NCBI GenBank assembly: GCA_036785375.1
Contig: JAWMAR010000248.1
Coordinates: forward strand, 930,001-994,000
Reading direction: 5' to 3'
From: Leucoraja ocellata
Taxonomy: Eukaryota
DNA: 64,000 bases
Numbering within the stretch: the first letter of the stretch is position 1; the number at the start of each line of letters is the position of its first letter. A program made the position numbers and the translations under genes. The notes below the pieces were generated by a model. It was not told where the DNA came from, did no database searches, and was given only the letters and a program-made list of their open reading frames with translations. Of the stretch, positions 61,760 through 64,000 are shown piece after piece.

Positions 61760-62600
61760 CAATGTCAGCAAAATGAAGGAGCTTGTCACTGACTTAAGGA
61801 AGCGGGGTGATGTACACACAAAATGCTGGAGTAACTCAACAGGACAGGCAGCATCTCTGGACAGAAGGAATGGGTGACGTTTCGGTTTGACTAGAGTGAT
61901 GTACACACTCCAGTCTGTATCAATCATGCTGAAGTGGAGATGGGCAAGAGGTTTCAGGATGAATCATCACCAACAATTTGTCCTGGCCCAATCGCATTGA
62001 AGCTATGGCAAAGAAAACACATGAATATGTCTACTTTCTCACAAGGCTAAGGAAATTTGGCTTGTCTCCGTGAATCTTCCCAGTCTCCACAGAGGCACTA
62101 TAGAAAGCATCCTATCGGGGATACATCAAAATCTGATAAATTGCAGAGATTTGCAAATGCAGCCCAGTCCATCACGCAAATCATCCTCTCCCACCTCTAA
62201 CTCCATCTACACTTCATACTGCCTCAGGAAAGCAGCCAACATAATCAAGGATCAGTCACACCCCCAGGCATTCTTTTTTCTCTCCTCTCCCATCAGGCAG
62301 AGTTACAATAAATGAAAGCACATACCACCAGATTTAAGGGCAGCTTCTTCCCCGCTGTTACCAGATTTTTGAAGGACCACACATATGTTAGGGATGAATT
62401 TCCTGATCTTCCAATCTATCTCAGCCCTTGGACTTCTTAAATTTGCACCTTCTCTCCAGCTTTAACGCTATATTCTGAAGACTGTTATTTTCTCTTTTGG
62501 TCTACCAGATGTACTCATGCACGGTATGATTTGCTTGCATGTTACAATAAACAAAGTCTTCACCGTATCTAGGTACACATAACCAGTAAATCAATACTTT
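61760..62600 (+). mobile_element. Rex1/Babar LINE 3' portion containing a Penelope-repeat insertion
   Basis: LNVSKMKELVTD, RGTIESILSG, CLRKAANIIKDQSHP motifs; Rex-type tail. Confidence 0.8.
61820..61895 (-). mobile_element. Penelope terminal-repeat fragment flanked by 13-bp direct repeats
   Basis: gtgatgtacacac at 61807-61819 and 61896-61908. Confidence 0.75.
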
Positions 62601-62869
62601 CACTTTCAAGCTGGCTTTTGTGACACGCAACCCAGTTATATTCAGATATGTGTCTCTGGAGGAATAGATCACCGGCTTAACTTCAGGATATTTAACTTCA
62701 TATGTGCAAATAAAAATACATGCCAACCATCGTTGGAGAGTAAGAGTACCTAGTTTCTGGGGTCACCAGTCTTTCAGTGTTGTGTGGAACATGATACATC
62801 ATAGCACTCTTCAAATCCTTCAAAATGTCTTAATCATCTAAGTGTCAGTCCCGGCTGAACCACAGGCAT

Positions 62870-63065
62870 TCTTGCCCCCAAGGCAGCATGTTTTGGGTTC
62901 AAGTTCCACTCCAGAGATTAGATCAGATAGTCTTTGCTGACAGTTCAATACTGCCTTTTGTAAGATCCATTAAACCAAATTTTGGTCTGGGTTTCTTATG
63001 TGAATGCAAAAATCTTTTGAAACTTTAGGAGCAGATCACCCTGGCCTATATTTGCCCACTGTGAA
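62870..63065 (+). mobile_element. DeuSINE (SacSINE1-like) 5' part
   Basis: gggttcaagttccactccagaga B-box head; ccattaaacc; ccctggcctatatttgccc. Confidence 0.55.
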
Positions 63066-63284
63066 AATAGATATTTGCTTGTTTCCAACAAGATTGAGAT
63101 GGTTTGGATCTTCCTCTCTAAAAACGACATGGTAAAGTGATGCAAAGCCAGTTAAATCTTGCCCAGACAACAATGAGTCATGGCCCACCTGAATATTAAA
63201 AGATATTGGGAACAGGGTCGGGAATAAGTTCACTCTCAGTTCCTTCCTCATTTCTGTGTGTGACCACACAATATTACTGTAGTA

Positions 63285-64000
63285 TTTGGTATTGGCATTG
63301 TTATTGGTTTACTATTGCCACATGTACCGAGATACAGTGAAAAACTTTGTTTGTGTGCTATCCTGTCAAATCATACAATACATGAATACTATGAAGCCAT
63401 GCACAAGTTCAGCAGATAGTGCAAATAGAAAAATAAAGTGAGTGCAGAAAATAGCATTTTAGTGTTCCAGTTACAGAGAAAGTGCAAATAAGAAAATATG
63501 CAAGAGCCCCAGTGAGGTGGTTGGAAGATCAGGGCCACACCCTTAGATTATGAGAGGTACTTGCATTCAGTGGTACGTCTACAGCGGGGAAAAGCTGGTC
63601 CTGAGTTTGTCGGTACATGATTTCAAGCTTTTGCATCTTCTACCTGATGGTAGTGGGGAGAAGAAGGACTAACTAGGGTGAAAATGGTGCTTGATTATGT
63701 CAGCTGCTCGCTTGAGGCAGCATGAAGTGGAGATGGAATTGATGCAGGGGAGGGGCACATCTACAACTCTGGGCAACATTTACAACTATGCAATTGCCTG
63801 CTGTCTTGTGCAGAACTTTGCTAAACCAAATAGAGATGGAACCTCAGGATGCTTTCTACAGTGTATCTGAATGGTAAGAGTCCTTGGAGACATGCGGAAC
63901 TTCCTTAGTCCACTGAGGAAGTAGAAGCGTTGGTGTGCATTTTTGTCCGCTTTTTTGTTAATCAGCTTTGTGTGGTTGATCCAGGACAAATTATTGGTAA
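63285..64000 (-). mobile_element. Rex1/Babar LINE 3' portion
   Basis: SWINHTKLINKKA...QRFYFLSGLRKFRMS; tail tattgccacatgtaccgagatacagtgaaaaac. Confidence 0.8.

Larger units (their letters stand above)
17214..64000 (-). other. Intron 1 of the EphB gene (partial)
   Basis: Upstream of the exon 2 acceptor. No signal-peptide exon or CpG-island promoter recognised. EphB first introns are typically very long. Confidence 0.65.

Noticed and set aside
17214-64000. EphB exon 1 and promoter
   Set aside because: No ATG-initiated hydrophobic signal-peptide exon with a phase-1 donor in a CpG island was found; the CpG-rich patches are all TEs.

Overview
Vertebrate genomic DNA, almost certainly from a cartilaginous fish (skate/ray-like, judged from HE1-type V-SINEs with (TAAAC)n tails, HER1/CR1 LINEs and SacSINE1-like DeuSINEs). 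The window appears to lie inside one large minus-strand gene, an EphB-class receptor tyrosine kinase (most like EphB1). Its only visible exon is the 65-bp coding exon 2 at 17149-17213. Exon 1 (expected beyond 64000) and exon 3 (expected before position 1) are not seen. The rest is intron packed with decayed transposons: CR1, L2, Rex1/Babar and Penelope-like retroelements, V-SINEs, DeuSINEs, PIF/Harbinger-like and Tigger-like MITEs. Almost all supplied ORFs are TE fragments or noise. The most notable non-coding signal is a family of Penelope-derived terminal repeats carrying minimal type-I hammerhead ribozyme motifs (CTGANGA-stem II-GAAACGTC). They occur as single copies, head-to-head palindromes, a tandem dimer, chimeras with other LINEs and cargo inside a MITE. 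A Harbinger-like MITE also has a paralogous empty site about 0.8 kb away. I found no evidence for a wholly new protein-coding system. TE family calls come from recognising motifs by eye, not database searches, and TE boundaries are approximate (about 10-30 bp) unless stated.
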